Sequence record: MH051918
Source: Escherichia phage vB_EcoS_IME347
Length of the DNA stretch: 50,048 bases
Strand: one strand, 5' to 3'
Shown here piece by piece: positions 1 to 6,059 of this stretch; positions within the stretch are counted from its first letter, which is position 1, and each line of letters starts with the position of its first letter. The position numbers and the translations under genes are program-made. The notes below the pieces were generated by a model. It had not been told where the DNA came from and did not search any database. It was given only the letters and a program-made list of their open reading frames with translations.

Positions 1-18
1 CCTACCGACTTTTCCGTT

Positions 19-36
19 TTTAGCAAAAAGTGCTAT
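19..36 (-). promoter_or_regulatory. box copy without a canonical -10 partner inside the window
   Basis: The plus strand reads TTTAGCAAAAAGTGCTAT, identical to copy 49862-49879. The expected -10 position would fall left of base 1. Confidence 0.4.
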
Positions 37-37
37 C

Positions 38-139
38 GTGACAAGATTACATTGACTCGCTGTATATCACTGTCTACAATTTCCCGGATTTGTCGGCGTG
101 ACAAAATTACACCTCGCGCCCCTGAGAGTGAGATTACAT
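38..139 (+). repeat. three direct GTGACAARATTACAY repeats
   Basis: GTGACAAGATTACAT at 38-52, GTGACAAAATTACAC at 98-112, GTGAGATTACAT at 128-139. Start-to-start spacings are 60 and 30 nt. Confidence 0.6.
52..80 (+). promoter_or_regulatory. sigma70-like promoter TTGACT-17-TACAAT
   Basis: TTGACT at 52-57, a 17-nt spacer, TACAAT at 75-80. Flanked by GTGACAARATTACAY repeats. About 365 nt upstream of the first ORF. Confidence 0.55.
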
Positions 140-418
140 AACTCTATGATATATATAATAATAATAGTTAAATTTTATCTTTTATATACATAAAATATTG
201 TATTGTCATTGTGGCGTATAGGGTGTACACAATGTATATCTCAGATTTCGTGAAAATGATAATTCATGGACATTTATACAGTACTCTATTTGCATATGCT
301 TATATAGGGAAAACACAGTGACATTGTATACAGTGTGTACACCGCAAAAAAATGCGCCGCGAGCCATTGTAAACGCTGGATTCTTATGTCAACATAGCCA
401 CTTATTGACGCCCCGATA
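70..418. repeat. control region copy A (colinear with 31182-31529)
   Basis: Shared boxes are CTGTCTAC (70), GGCGTGACAAAATT (95), CTTTTATATA (179), a 48-nt box at 311-358, AAACGCT (371) and TGACGCCCCGATA (406). Confidence 0.7.
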
Positions 419-450
419 CGGGCATAGACACTGTAACTAAGGAGCACGTT

Positions 451-972
451 ATGAGCAATACCAATCAGCAACCACAAATCACCGACATGATTCGCCTTGC
501 CTGTCAAAATCACTACGCCGCAGGTGAAGCCATGTTCAGCTTCGACGCGCAACAAATGGCCTTCCACACCGTCAAGAAGTATGCGGAGCAATCCGGGATG
601 GATATCACCGACGAGCAGATCGACGAGGAAGCCGCTCGTTGGGTGGGGCAGAATACCGAGAACATTGCGAAGCGGTTCAAGCCGTCATTTGCGCAGCCGA
701 TCATTAAGCGATTCTTTGCTCACATCGGAAAGGCCGTCGTGGTGAATACCGGGCGCAACGATGCCAACGAACCGATGATTACCGTGACCATTACGGACGA
801 GGAAGTCGTGAAGCCGCAGCGCAAGAGCCGGGCGAAGAAAAAGCAATCCATCGGGGACATTCTGGATTCGTTCGTCGTGGACGTGTCGAAGCTCGGGGAT
901 TCGGAGTTGATGGTTCGCGATGTGAATGAAATCGTTCGGCAAATGAAGGAGCACATCCTGAAAGGTGAATAG
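451..972 (+). CDS. hypothetical early protein, 173 aa
   Basis: Track ORF. AAGGAG lies 6 nt before the ATG. First gene right of control region A. Its stop TAG is the TAG of box 969-986. No domain recognised. Confidence 0.8.
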   Translation: MSNTNQQPQITDMIRLACQNHYAAGEAMFSFDAQQMAFHTVKKYAEQSGMDITDEQIDEEAARWVGQNTENIAKRFKPSFAQPIIKRFFAHIGKAVVVNTGRNDANEPMITVTITDEEVVKPQRKSRAKKKQSIGDILDSFVVDVSKLGDSELMVRDVNEIVRQMKEHILKGE

Positions 973-1012
973 CACGAATTGCTAAAACAGGCGGAAGGGA
1001 ATCCGCTATTAT
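969..1012 (+). promoter_or_regulatory. box/-10 promoter cassette
   Basis: Box ATAGCACGAATTGCTAAA (969-986). Inverted repeat GCGGA/TCCGC (991-1006). 22 nt after TTGCTA comes TATTAT (1007-1012). Confidence 0.6.
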
Positions 1013-1048
1013 ACATCCATCGAAACGAAACACGGAAAGGGCAGCGAA

Positions 1049-1234
1049 ATGAAAATCATCAAAGTGGGTTATGACATCGTTAACGGCAAAAACTTTGCAT
1101 ACGGCGAAAACTTCCAGTTTGAAATCACCGAAGCGGATCGCATTAATTGGAACTTCGACCTGCTCAACGGCTTTGATCTTGAAATCACTCGTGAAGATTT
1201 CGACGCGCTGACTTGCGAGAAATACGAATACTAA
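1049..1234 (+). CDS. hypothetical small early protein, 61 aa
   Basis: Track ORF. Preceded by cassette 969-1012 and an A/C-rich leader. Its TAA overlaps the first base of the next box. Confidence 0.75.
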   Translation: MKIIKVGYDIVNGKNFAYGENFQFEITEADRINWNFDLLNGFDLEITREDFDALTCEKYEY

Positions 1235-1277
1235 TAGCACGAATTGCTAAAGCCCGGTCAATCGGATCGGGTATAGT
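1234..1277 (+). promoter_or_regulatory. box/-10 promoter cassette
   Basis: Box ATAGCACGAATTGCTAAA. Inverted repeat CCCG..CGGG in the spacer. 22 nt spacing to TATAGT (1272-1277). Confidence 0.6.
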
Positions 1278-1307
1278 AACCACATCGACAACAAAGAGGG
1301 TAGAGAA

Positions 1308-1556
1308 ATGAAAAAGGTCACGGTTAAGCTGTTAAATCACGGCGGGTATGACGGATTAAAGGGCGTTGAATTCCCGCAGGTAGTGGAAGGATTCGAACAT
1401 CCGACGCTGGATTACATTGACGTTCCGTTTGAGGAGTTGGAGCGCATCGGGTACGACAAGGCGAAAGGTCGCTGCTGTGGAAACCTGCCGGACTGCGCTG
1501 AAGGTAGCCCGTGCCTGACATTCTTCAAGTTTAGCGAAGCGGAGGTGATCGCATGA
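1308..1556 (+). CDS. hypothetical small early protein, 82 aa
   Basis: Track ORF with a GAGGG RBS, preceded by cassette 1234-1277. Confidence 0.8.
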   Translation: MKKVTVKLLNHGGYDGLKGVEFPQVVEGFEHPTLDYIDVPFEELERIGYDKAKGRCCGNLPDCAEGSPCLTFFKFSEAEVIA

Positions 1557-1753
1557 AAAAGGTTCCAATGTTCATCGCTGGCGGCATCGCCAAATATTAC
1601 GCCGTAATTGGCAATAAATTCTATTACTGGAGCGAATTCCAAAAGTGCTGGTGTGGCTCAGTTAACGATCCGGGGCAAAATGAGCGACGCCTCGAAAGGG
1701 CGATCCGTGAGGGTAAAGTTTTCCTAGCCACCATCAAGGGGGAAATCCTATGA
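1553..1753 (+). CDS. hypothetical small early protein, 66 aa
   Basis: Track ORF. ATGA start/stop overlap with the upstream gene. Confidence 0.75.
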   Translation: MKKVPMFIAGGIAKYYAVIGNKFYYWSEFQKCWCGSVNDPGQNERRLERAIREGKVFLATIKGEIL

Positions 1754-1860
1754 ATCCACTCGCTTTCGGCACGGCGATTTTCTTTCTGGCGACGGGGCAT
1801 TTTTGGCTGTTCATCGTCACCATGATCTTAATTGGCGCGGGAGCCTTTGACGATGATTAA
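1750..1860 (+). CDS. micro-ORF, 36 aa single-helix membrane peptide
   Basis: Hand-translated, below the track cutoff: MNPLAFGTAIFFLATGHFWLFIVTMILIGAGAFDDD. AAGGGGGA RBS 6 nt upstream. ATGA overlap with the upstream stop, and its end overlaps the next start. Confidence 0.6.
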   Translation: MNPLAFGTAIFFLATGHFWLFIVTMILIGAGAFDDD

Positions 1861-2053
1861 GATGAAATGTGTGCGGTCAACCTACGCGCTGTTTTCGGCT
1901 GGTGAGGTTTACGACTTCAAACGGGCTGGTGAGGCCGGGCGCTTCACGGTGTACGAGTACGAGCGCGAGGGCGCACTGTATCGCTTCGGTCTTGATGATG
2001 CCGGAGCTAACGAAACTGACGGTAATTTTATGCAATTCGAAGAGGTGAAATAA
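1853..2053 (+). CDS. hypothetical small protein, 66 aa (KxKC...G-x-Y family)
   Basis: Track ORF 1832..2053 (TTG start) trimmed to ATG 1853 (MIKMKCVRST...). GGAG lies about 10 nt upstream. Confidence 0.65.
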   Translation: MIKMKCVRSTYALFSAGEVYDFKRAGEAGRFTVYEYEREGALYRFGLDDAGANETDGNFMQFEEVK

Positions 2054-2250
2054 TGTACATTTTAACTGCTGTTCTGGTTCTGGTGATTCTGGTTCTGTAT
2101 GTGTGCGGCTGCTTCCTCATGCGGGCTTTCCTGCGGACGAATGACACAACCGATCAGGATAAGTGGAAGCCTGTCCTTACGTGGCCTGTCATCATGATTG
2201 ATGTTATTTGGGATTGTGCAATCAAAAACCACAAGAAATTTGAGTGGTAA
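2053..2250 (+). CDS. small membrane protein, 65 aa
   Basis: Track ORF with TAATG overlap. N-terminal hydrophobic helix ILTAVLVLVILVLYVCGCFL. Confidence 0.75.
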   Translation: MYILTAVLVLVILVLYVCGCFLMRAFLRTNDTTDQDKWKPVLTWPVIMIDVIWDCAIKNHKKFEW

Positions 2251-2294
2251 ATAGCACGAATAGCTAAACATGCCGGGCGGCAATCCGGCATAAT
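2251..2294 (+). promoter_or_regulatory. box/-10 promoter cassette
   Basis: Box ATAGCACGAATAGCTAAA. Inverted repeat GCCGG/CCGGC. 22 nt spacing to CATAAT (2289-2294). Confidence 0.6.
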
Positions 2295-2326
2295 GCAACC
2301 ACACCAAACGAAACGAGGAAAACGAA

Positions 2327-2584
2327 ATGACTCTCAACGAAGTGATCGAAATCATCTGTGGCTATGGCCTCCGCGCAAAACGCGAACTGCTGACTTGCGG
2401 CGCAACGCACGTAGCGATTGACGATAACGGCTCAATCTTCGCCTACAAAGGCGAGCCGCGCAACGACGACCCGGACGGTCAAGAGTGGTTGCCGGGACAC
2501 GGAGAGGGTGATCGCACTGTGATGTACTGCGGCGTGACCGAATATCCGGGCAACTGGAAAAGCTGCGTCTGGAAACTCCCGTAA
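2327..2584 (+). CDS. hypothetical small early protein, 85 aa
   Basis: Track ORF. Cassette 2251-2294 upstream, with a GAGGAAAA RBS. Confidence 0.8.
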   Translation: MTLNEVIEIICGYGLRAKRELLTCGATHVAIDDNGSIFAYKGEPRNDDPDGQEWLPGHGEGDRTVMYCGVTEYPGNWKSCVWKLP

Positions 2585-2628
2585 ATAGCACTTTTTGTTA
2601 AAACTGAATCTCGGGGCTGCGATATAGT
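2585..2628 (+). promoter_or_regulatory. box/-10 promoter cassette
   Basis: Box ATAGCACTTTTTGTTAAA. Inverted repeat GGGCT/AGCCC with TATAGT (2623-2628) in the loop. 22 nt spacing. Confidence 0.6.
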
Positions 2629-2658
2629 AGCCCTACACCAAACGAAGAGGGTAACACA

Positions 2659-2961
2659 ATGAAATTAGCACGTAGCGCAGTATTCGCAGTCGGCACGCAG
2701 GGCAATAAAAGCACTGCATTCCTGTACATTAACAGCAAGGGTGAAATCTCCCCGTTCTGGCGTAGCGAGTATCATGCGGACGGATGGAGCAAGCACGGCG
2801 AGCTTGACCTGATTTGCGGACAAAAGCCTATCAATCACGATCACTGGTACGGCATCGAACTTGACGGGGTGGAACGTGACATTACCATGATTCAATCGCA
2901 CGTTACCCGCGCTGAAGGTGTGGACTTTAAGCGAGCGCTGAAGTTCATCGGAAAGCACTAA
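2659..2961 (+). CDS. hypothetical early protein, 100 aa
   Basis: Track ORF. Cassette 2585-2628 upstream. The last codons (AAG CAC TAA) form part of box 2952-2969. Confidence 0.8.
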   Translation: MKLARSAVFAVGTQGNKSTAFLYINSKGEISPFWRSEYHADGWSKHGELDLICGQKPINHDHWYGIELDGVERDITMIQSHVTRAEGVDFKRALKFIGKH

Positions 2962-2996
2962 TTGTTAAAAGGGGGATTCATCCTGACTGGTATAAT
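2952..2996 (+). promoter_or_regulatory. box/-10 promoter cassette
   Basis: Box AAAGCACTAATTGTTAAA. Inverted repeat GGGGATT/AATCCCC. 23 nt spacing to TGgTATAAT (hexamer 2991-2996). Confidence 0.6.
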
Positions 2997-3027
2997 CCCC
3001 ACATCAACCAAGCGAGAGGAAAGCAGA

Positions 3028-3492
3028 ATGTTACGCAAAGAAGATATCACCTACCCAATCAGCTTCGTTAGCTTCGGAGTTGGCACCTTTACATTCACCA
3101 ACGAGAAAGGCGGCCACATGGTGTGCGCCAATGGCTACGAGCAACGCGAAATCGAATGCAGGGTGGGGGAATTTATAGAAAAAGCGAACAAGCACAACCC
3201 GGACAACGATCCTAAGCGTGACTACAACTACACGATGCCGGGCGCGGCGGCTGAGGTTAAGTCTGGTGAGTGCAGGGCTGAGTATATGCCAATCGGATCA
3301 ACTCTAACGGGCGTCCGCATGGATGATGGAGATTGGGCTGAACTGAGAATCACTCCTCGCCGGATTGAGGTTGATTCCGAGGTGATTACCTTCCTGCTGC
3401 ATGCGCACTACAGCACCAACACCAAGCAGTCACGTTTTGCCGGGGAAGTGAGCATGAAGCGCGATGCGATTGTTCGTTGGGAGAAGGCATAA
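3028..3492 (+). CDS. hypothetical early protein, 154 aa
   Basis: Track ORF 2962..3492 trimmed to ATG 3028, because 2952-2996 is a promoter cassette. GAGAGGAAAG RBS. Confidence 0.75.
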   Translation: MLRKEDITYPISFVSFGVGTFTFTNEKGGHMVCANGYEQREIECRVGEFIEKANKHNPDNDPKRDYNYTMPGAAAEVKSGECRAEYMPIGSTLTGVRMDDGDWAELRITPRRIEVDSEVITFLLHAHYSTNTKQSRFAGEVSMKRDAIVRWEKA

Positions 3493-3644
3493 TGGCAACT
3501 TGGTACTTAATCGCGATCACCTATTACGCCGGGGTTCAGCCGATCCCGTTCGACTCGCACAAGGCTTGCATTGATGCGCGAGAGGTAATCAAGAGAAACA
3601 ACCCGACAACCGCAAGCTTGCAGGTTGTATGCGTTAAGAAATAG
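3492..3644 (+). CDS. hypothetical small protein, 50 aa
   Basis: Hand-translated, below the track cutoff (MATWYLIAITYYAGVQPIPFDSHKAC...VCVKK). TAATG overlap. Its stop is the TAG of box 3641-3658. Confidence 0.6.
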   Translation: MATWYLIAITYYAGVQPIPFDSHKACIDAREVIKRNNPTTASLQVVCVKK

Positions 3645-3684
3645 CACGAATTGCTAAACCTTCCGCAAGGCCATTTGATATAGT
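3641..3684 (+). promoter_or_regulatory. box/-10 promoter cassette
   Basis: Box ATAGCACGAATTGCTAAA. Inverted repeat GGCCA/TGGCC (3669-3688). 22 nt spacing to TGaTATAGT (hexamer 3679-3684). Confidence 0.65.
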
Positions 3685-3724
3685 GGCCTTATTGAAGCAG
3701 AGCAACCAATCAGAGGCAATGACC

Positions 3725-3937
3725 ATGAAATTTTATCAAACGAGCCGTAACGCTGTTCTGAAATACTGGATTGAAAACGGCGTTGTGATGTGCAGCGGAA
3801 TGGCGGGCGAGCCGTTTAAGTCAGCAATGACCGTCGAAGATGTGGAATGGGCTGTCAGTCGCGGAATGATGGTTCCGGTTCAGAGCAACCCGTTCGACTA
3901 CTGGAATAAACTGAAGTCAGGGGATCTGTTTAAGTGA
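3725..3937 (+). CDS. hypothetical small early protein, 70 aa
   Basis: Track ORF 3683..3937 trimmed, because 3683-3718 is cassette and leader. ATG 3725 lies 8 nt after AGAGG. ATG 3719 is an alternative start. Confidence 0.7.
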   Translation: MKFYQTSRNAVLKYWIENGVVMCSGMAGEPFKSAMTVEDVEWAVSRGMMVPVQSNPFDYWNKLKSGDLFK

Positions 3938-4167
3938 TTATCGTCAACACCGAAACGGGCGAGGTCATGGATAACTGCATCGTTATCGACGACAAGCCCA
4001 AGCCGAAGAGCAAGGCAGGAACTTACGTTAGGACGGTCTGCAAGGCTCCCGGATGCGGGAATATTTACGAGGCGAAAGCCTCAGACCTGAAGCGCGGTTG
4101 GGGATTGACCTGCTGTAAGTCATGCGCAGCCGTGGTTCGCGAACTTAAAAAGAAAGGGCGTTGGTAA
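3934..4167 (+). CDS. small Cys-rich (putative Zn-binding) protein, 77 aa
   Basis: Track ORF. The GTG start overlaps the upstream TGA (GTGA). The motif CKAPGCG...CCKSC suggests a zinc ribbon. Confidence 0.6.
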   Translation: MIIVNTETGEVMDNCIVIDDKPKPKSKAGTYVRTVCKAPGCGNIYEAKASDLKRGWGLTCCKSCAAVVRELKKKGRW

Positions 4168-4355
4168 TGGAGCGTTTAAGCTACTGGCAGATACTGGATA
4201 AGGCCGGGCGACTGCGCGAGCAGCTTCGCGGGCTACCGGATAATGACCGAATGGAAATAATCGGTCGGGCGTTGCTGGATCTGGTTCACGGCGACGTGAC
4301 CTATCACTCATGCGGCAACGCACAATGGAACCTGACCTTTGAGGTGAAGAAATGA
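4167..4355 (+). CDS. hypothetical small protein, 62 aa
   Basis: Track ORF 4161.. trimmed to ATG 4167 (TAATG overlap with the upstream stop). Confidence 0.7.
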   Translation: MERLSYWQILDKAGRLREQLRGLPDNDRMEIIGRALLDLVHGDVTYHSCGNAQWNLTFEVKK

Positions 4356-4654
4356 ACAACTTGCACGAACTGAAGATTTTCCCGCGCCACTTCTACGGCG
4401 TGAAGATGGGGCAGAAGAAAGCAGAATTCAGGGTTGACGATCGCGGATTCAAAACTGGCGACACGCTCCGCCTTCGCGAATGGCACGAGGGCGACTTTAC
4501 CGGGCGGGAAATCAGCGTTGTGGTGACTGACGTAACCGACGTGACCGAGTTCATCAATCGGGCGAACGCCGAACTGTACAACGGGAACCGCTTCGTAATG
4601 CTGTCGTTCTTCGTGGTTCACGCGAGCCTTTGCGATATCCCGTACATCCGATAG
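4352..4654 (+). CDS. ASCH/DUF3850-like protein, 100 aa
   Basis: HELKIFPRHFYGVKMGQKKAEFRVDDRGFKTGDTLRLREW matches my memory of the DUF3850/ASCH N-terminal pattern. ATGA overlap. Its stop is the TAG of box 4651-4668. Confidence 0.65.
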   Translation: MNNLHELKIFPRHFYGVKMGQKKAEFRVDDRGFKTGDTLRLREWHEGDFTGREISVVVTDVTDVTEFINRANAELYNGNRFVMLSFFVVHASLCDIPYIR

Positions 4655-4694
4655 CACGAATTGCTAAAACAATAATCCGGGGCTATGCCATAAT
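4651..4694 (+). promoter_or_regulatory. box/-10 promoter cassette
   Basis: Box ATAGCACGAATTGCTAAA. Inverted repeat GGGGCTAT/ATAGCCCC. 22 nt spacing to TGcCATAAT (hexamer 4689-4694). Confidence 0.65.
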
Positions 4695-4725
4695 AGCCCC
4701 ACACCAAACGAAAGAGGAAGTAGAT

Positions 4726-5106
4726 ATGAAATTCAAATGCACAACCGACACAACGAAGAAATTCACTCCGGGCAAAGTCTACGAGACTTCGGCGAGCAAC
4801 GCACTTCACAACGTGGCTATCCGTGACGACTCCGGGCGGACTCGCGTATTTCGTGTAACTCATAACGGCGAAGGTATTCGCTGGAATGTCGGCGGCAATA
4901 AGTCTGCGGTTATGAAAAAGCTTCATCCTACCTTCCGCATCGACGAGTTGGGTACTGTCCATATCAGCGACGGCGAAGTAACCCGAGTCAAGATCGGCGG
5001 TTGGTGCGAGACTGCGGAATCTAAGCGCGAACGAATCACGAAAATCGCTATCGCGGCAACTCTGGTGCTGGTGAGTGTGGCTGTATTCGTGGCGAATCAC
5101 TTCTGA
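4726..5106 (+). CDS. hypothetical protein with C-terminal TM helix, 126 aa (KxKC family N-terminus)
   Basis: Track ORF 4630.. trimmed to ATG 4726, downstream of cassette 4651-4694. AGAGGAAG RBS. C-terminal helix IAIAATLVLVSVAVFV. Confidence 0.75.
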   Translation: MKFKCTTDTTKKFTPGKVYETSASNALHNVAIRDDSGRTRVFRVTHNGEGIRWNVGGNKSAVMKKLHPTFRIDELGTVHISDGEVTRVKIGGWCETAESKRERITKIAIAATLVLVSVAVFVANHF

Positions 5107-5154
5107 TTTAAAAGGGGAATCTCTCTGAGCGGTTCCCCATAACAAGGAATTCAA

Positions 5155-5280
5155 ATGGTAGACGTGAATCACTGGAATGAACCGCCAAAGCATGACGTTC
5201 TGTTTTGGTTTCTCGGGTTGCTGATAACGCTCGTTATCATCTTGAAAGGCGTGATGGTGGCGGAATGGATTCTGACCTGA
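5155..5280 (+). CDS. micro-ORF, 41 aa single-helix membrane peptide
   Basis: Hand-translated: MVDVNHWNEPPKHDVLFWFLGLLITLVIILKGVMVAEWILT. AAGGA RBS 6 nt upstream. Confidence 0.55.
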   Translation: MVDVNHWNEPPKHDVLFWFLGLLITLVIILKGVMVAEWILT

Positions 5281-5474
5281 TTAACTACGAAGATGCAGCG
5301 CGTGACGCTATCGATGGTATGCTGCCAAATTCGAAGCGTGTGGCTCACTATCGCGGTTTTAAGGGTTCACCTGTTAAACTGTATTGCGAGATTTTGAAGC
5401 TCTCAGAAGTCGATACAGCGCGTTTAGAGGCATACGATTTTAAGCGTTTTTCGATAACCATCGAAACCAAATAG
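5265..5474 (+). CDS. hypothetical small protein, 69 aa
   Basis: Track ORF 5205.. trimmed to ATG 5265 (MDSDLINYED...). Overlaps the end of the micro-ORF by 16 nt. Its stop is the TAG of box 5471-5488. Confidence 0.6.
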   Translation: MDSDLINYEDAARDAIDGMLPNSKRVAHYRGFKGSPVKLYCEILKLSEVDTARLEAYDFKRFSITIETK

Positions 5475-5514
5475 CACGAATTGCTAAAAACCTATCAGGG
5501 GAATGCGCTATGAT
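5471..5514 (+). promoter_or_regulatory. box/-10 promoter cassette
   Basis: Box ATAGCACGAATTGCTAAA. Inverted repeat GGGGAAT/ATTCCCC. 22 nt spacing to TATGAT (5509-5514). Confidence 0.6.
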
Positions 5515-5544
5515 TCCCCTACACCAACAAGCGAGGACGACAAA

Positions 5545-5976
5545 ATGAAACATCTGGTATGCATTGTAGAAGGTTGCGGCCTGGAAGGAATCGGCGGTGA
5601 ACTCGGTCACTACATGATCGCGAAGAATGACCAAGACCGAAGCGGCGACGTTGAGATAACCTCCCGCCACGCACTCCCTTACATCATGGAGACTCTCGGT
5701 GATGGAATGTATCAGGGTTATGGCTCCAGCGCTATTTACAAGCAATACCCGATCCGCAAGCGTCTGGTTCGCGCATTCTTTAAGTACGCGCATCACGATT
5801 GCAAGCTTTCACGCAATGCGGCGAAAAGTTGGGCGCGAGCTATGGCTGACGGATATTTCTTCCGTGATGGTCAGGCGATCAGCGAAATGATTCAGACAAT
5901 CATGATCGACTATGACGGCGATTTCGGTCAAGAGTCATTCGATAGCTACGTTGCCGACGAGATCTCTTACTGGTAA
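5545..5976 (+). CDS. hypothetical early protein, 143 aa
   Basis: Track ORF 5503.. trimmed to ATG 5545, downstream of cassette 5471-5514. Confidence 0.75.
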   Translation: MKHLVCIVEGCGLEGIGGELGHYMIAKNDQDRSGDVEITSRHALPYIMETLGDGMYQGYGSSAIYKQYPIRKRLVRAFFKYAHHDCKLSRNAAKSWARAMADGYFFRDGQAISEMIQTIMIDYDGDFGQESFDSYVADEISYW

Positions 5977-6020
5977 ATAGCACGAATTGCTAAAACTTGC
6001 TCAGGGGCATTTGTTATAGT
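5977..6020 (+). promoter_or_regulatory. box/-10 promoter cassette
   Basis: Box ATAGCACGAATTGCTAAA. Inverted repeat GGGGCA/TGTCCC (one G.T position). 22 nt spacing to TGtTATAGT (hexamer 6015-6020). Confidence 0.65.
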
Positions 6021-6059
6021 GTCCCTCGTTGAGTTAAGCAACCAATAAAGGAAAAAGCG

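Noticed and set aside
1-200. Direct terminal repeats between the two window ends.
   Set aside because: Apart from the shared 18-nt box (19-36 and 49862-79), I see no extended identity between the first and last ~200 nt. The physical termini cannot be inferred from this sequence.
311-340. A possible LexA/SOS box in the control regions (CTGT/ACAG-rich: ACAGTGACATTGTATACAGTG).
   Set aside because: There is no CTGT-N8-ACAG arrangement on either strand. The ACAGTG units are direct repeats, not inverted.
979-1012. TTGCTA/TTGTTA within the box acting as an ordinary -35 hexamer.
   Set aside because: The spacer to the hexamer is 22 nt in 21 of 25 copies and 21 or 23 nt in the rest. That is outside the 16-19 nt range used by sigma70.
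5094-5143. A degenerate box-like sequence, AATCACTTCTGATTTAAA, followed by a GGGGAA/TTCCCC hairpin.
   Set aside because: The invariant GCAC is missing, and the nearest -10-like hexamer (CATAAC) is 28 nt away. I treat it as a decayed cassette, not a functional copy.
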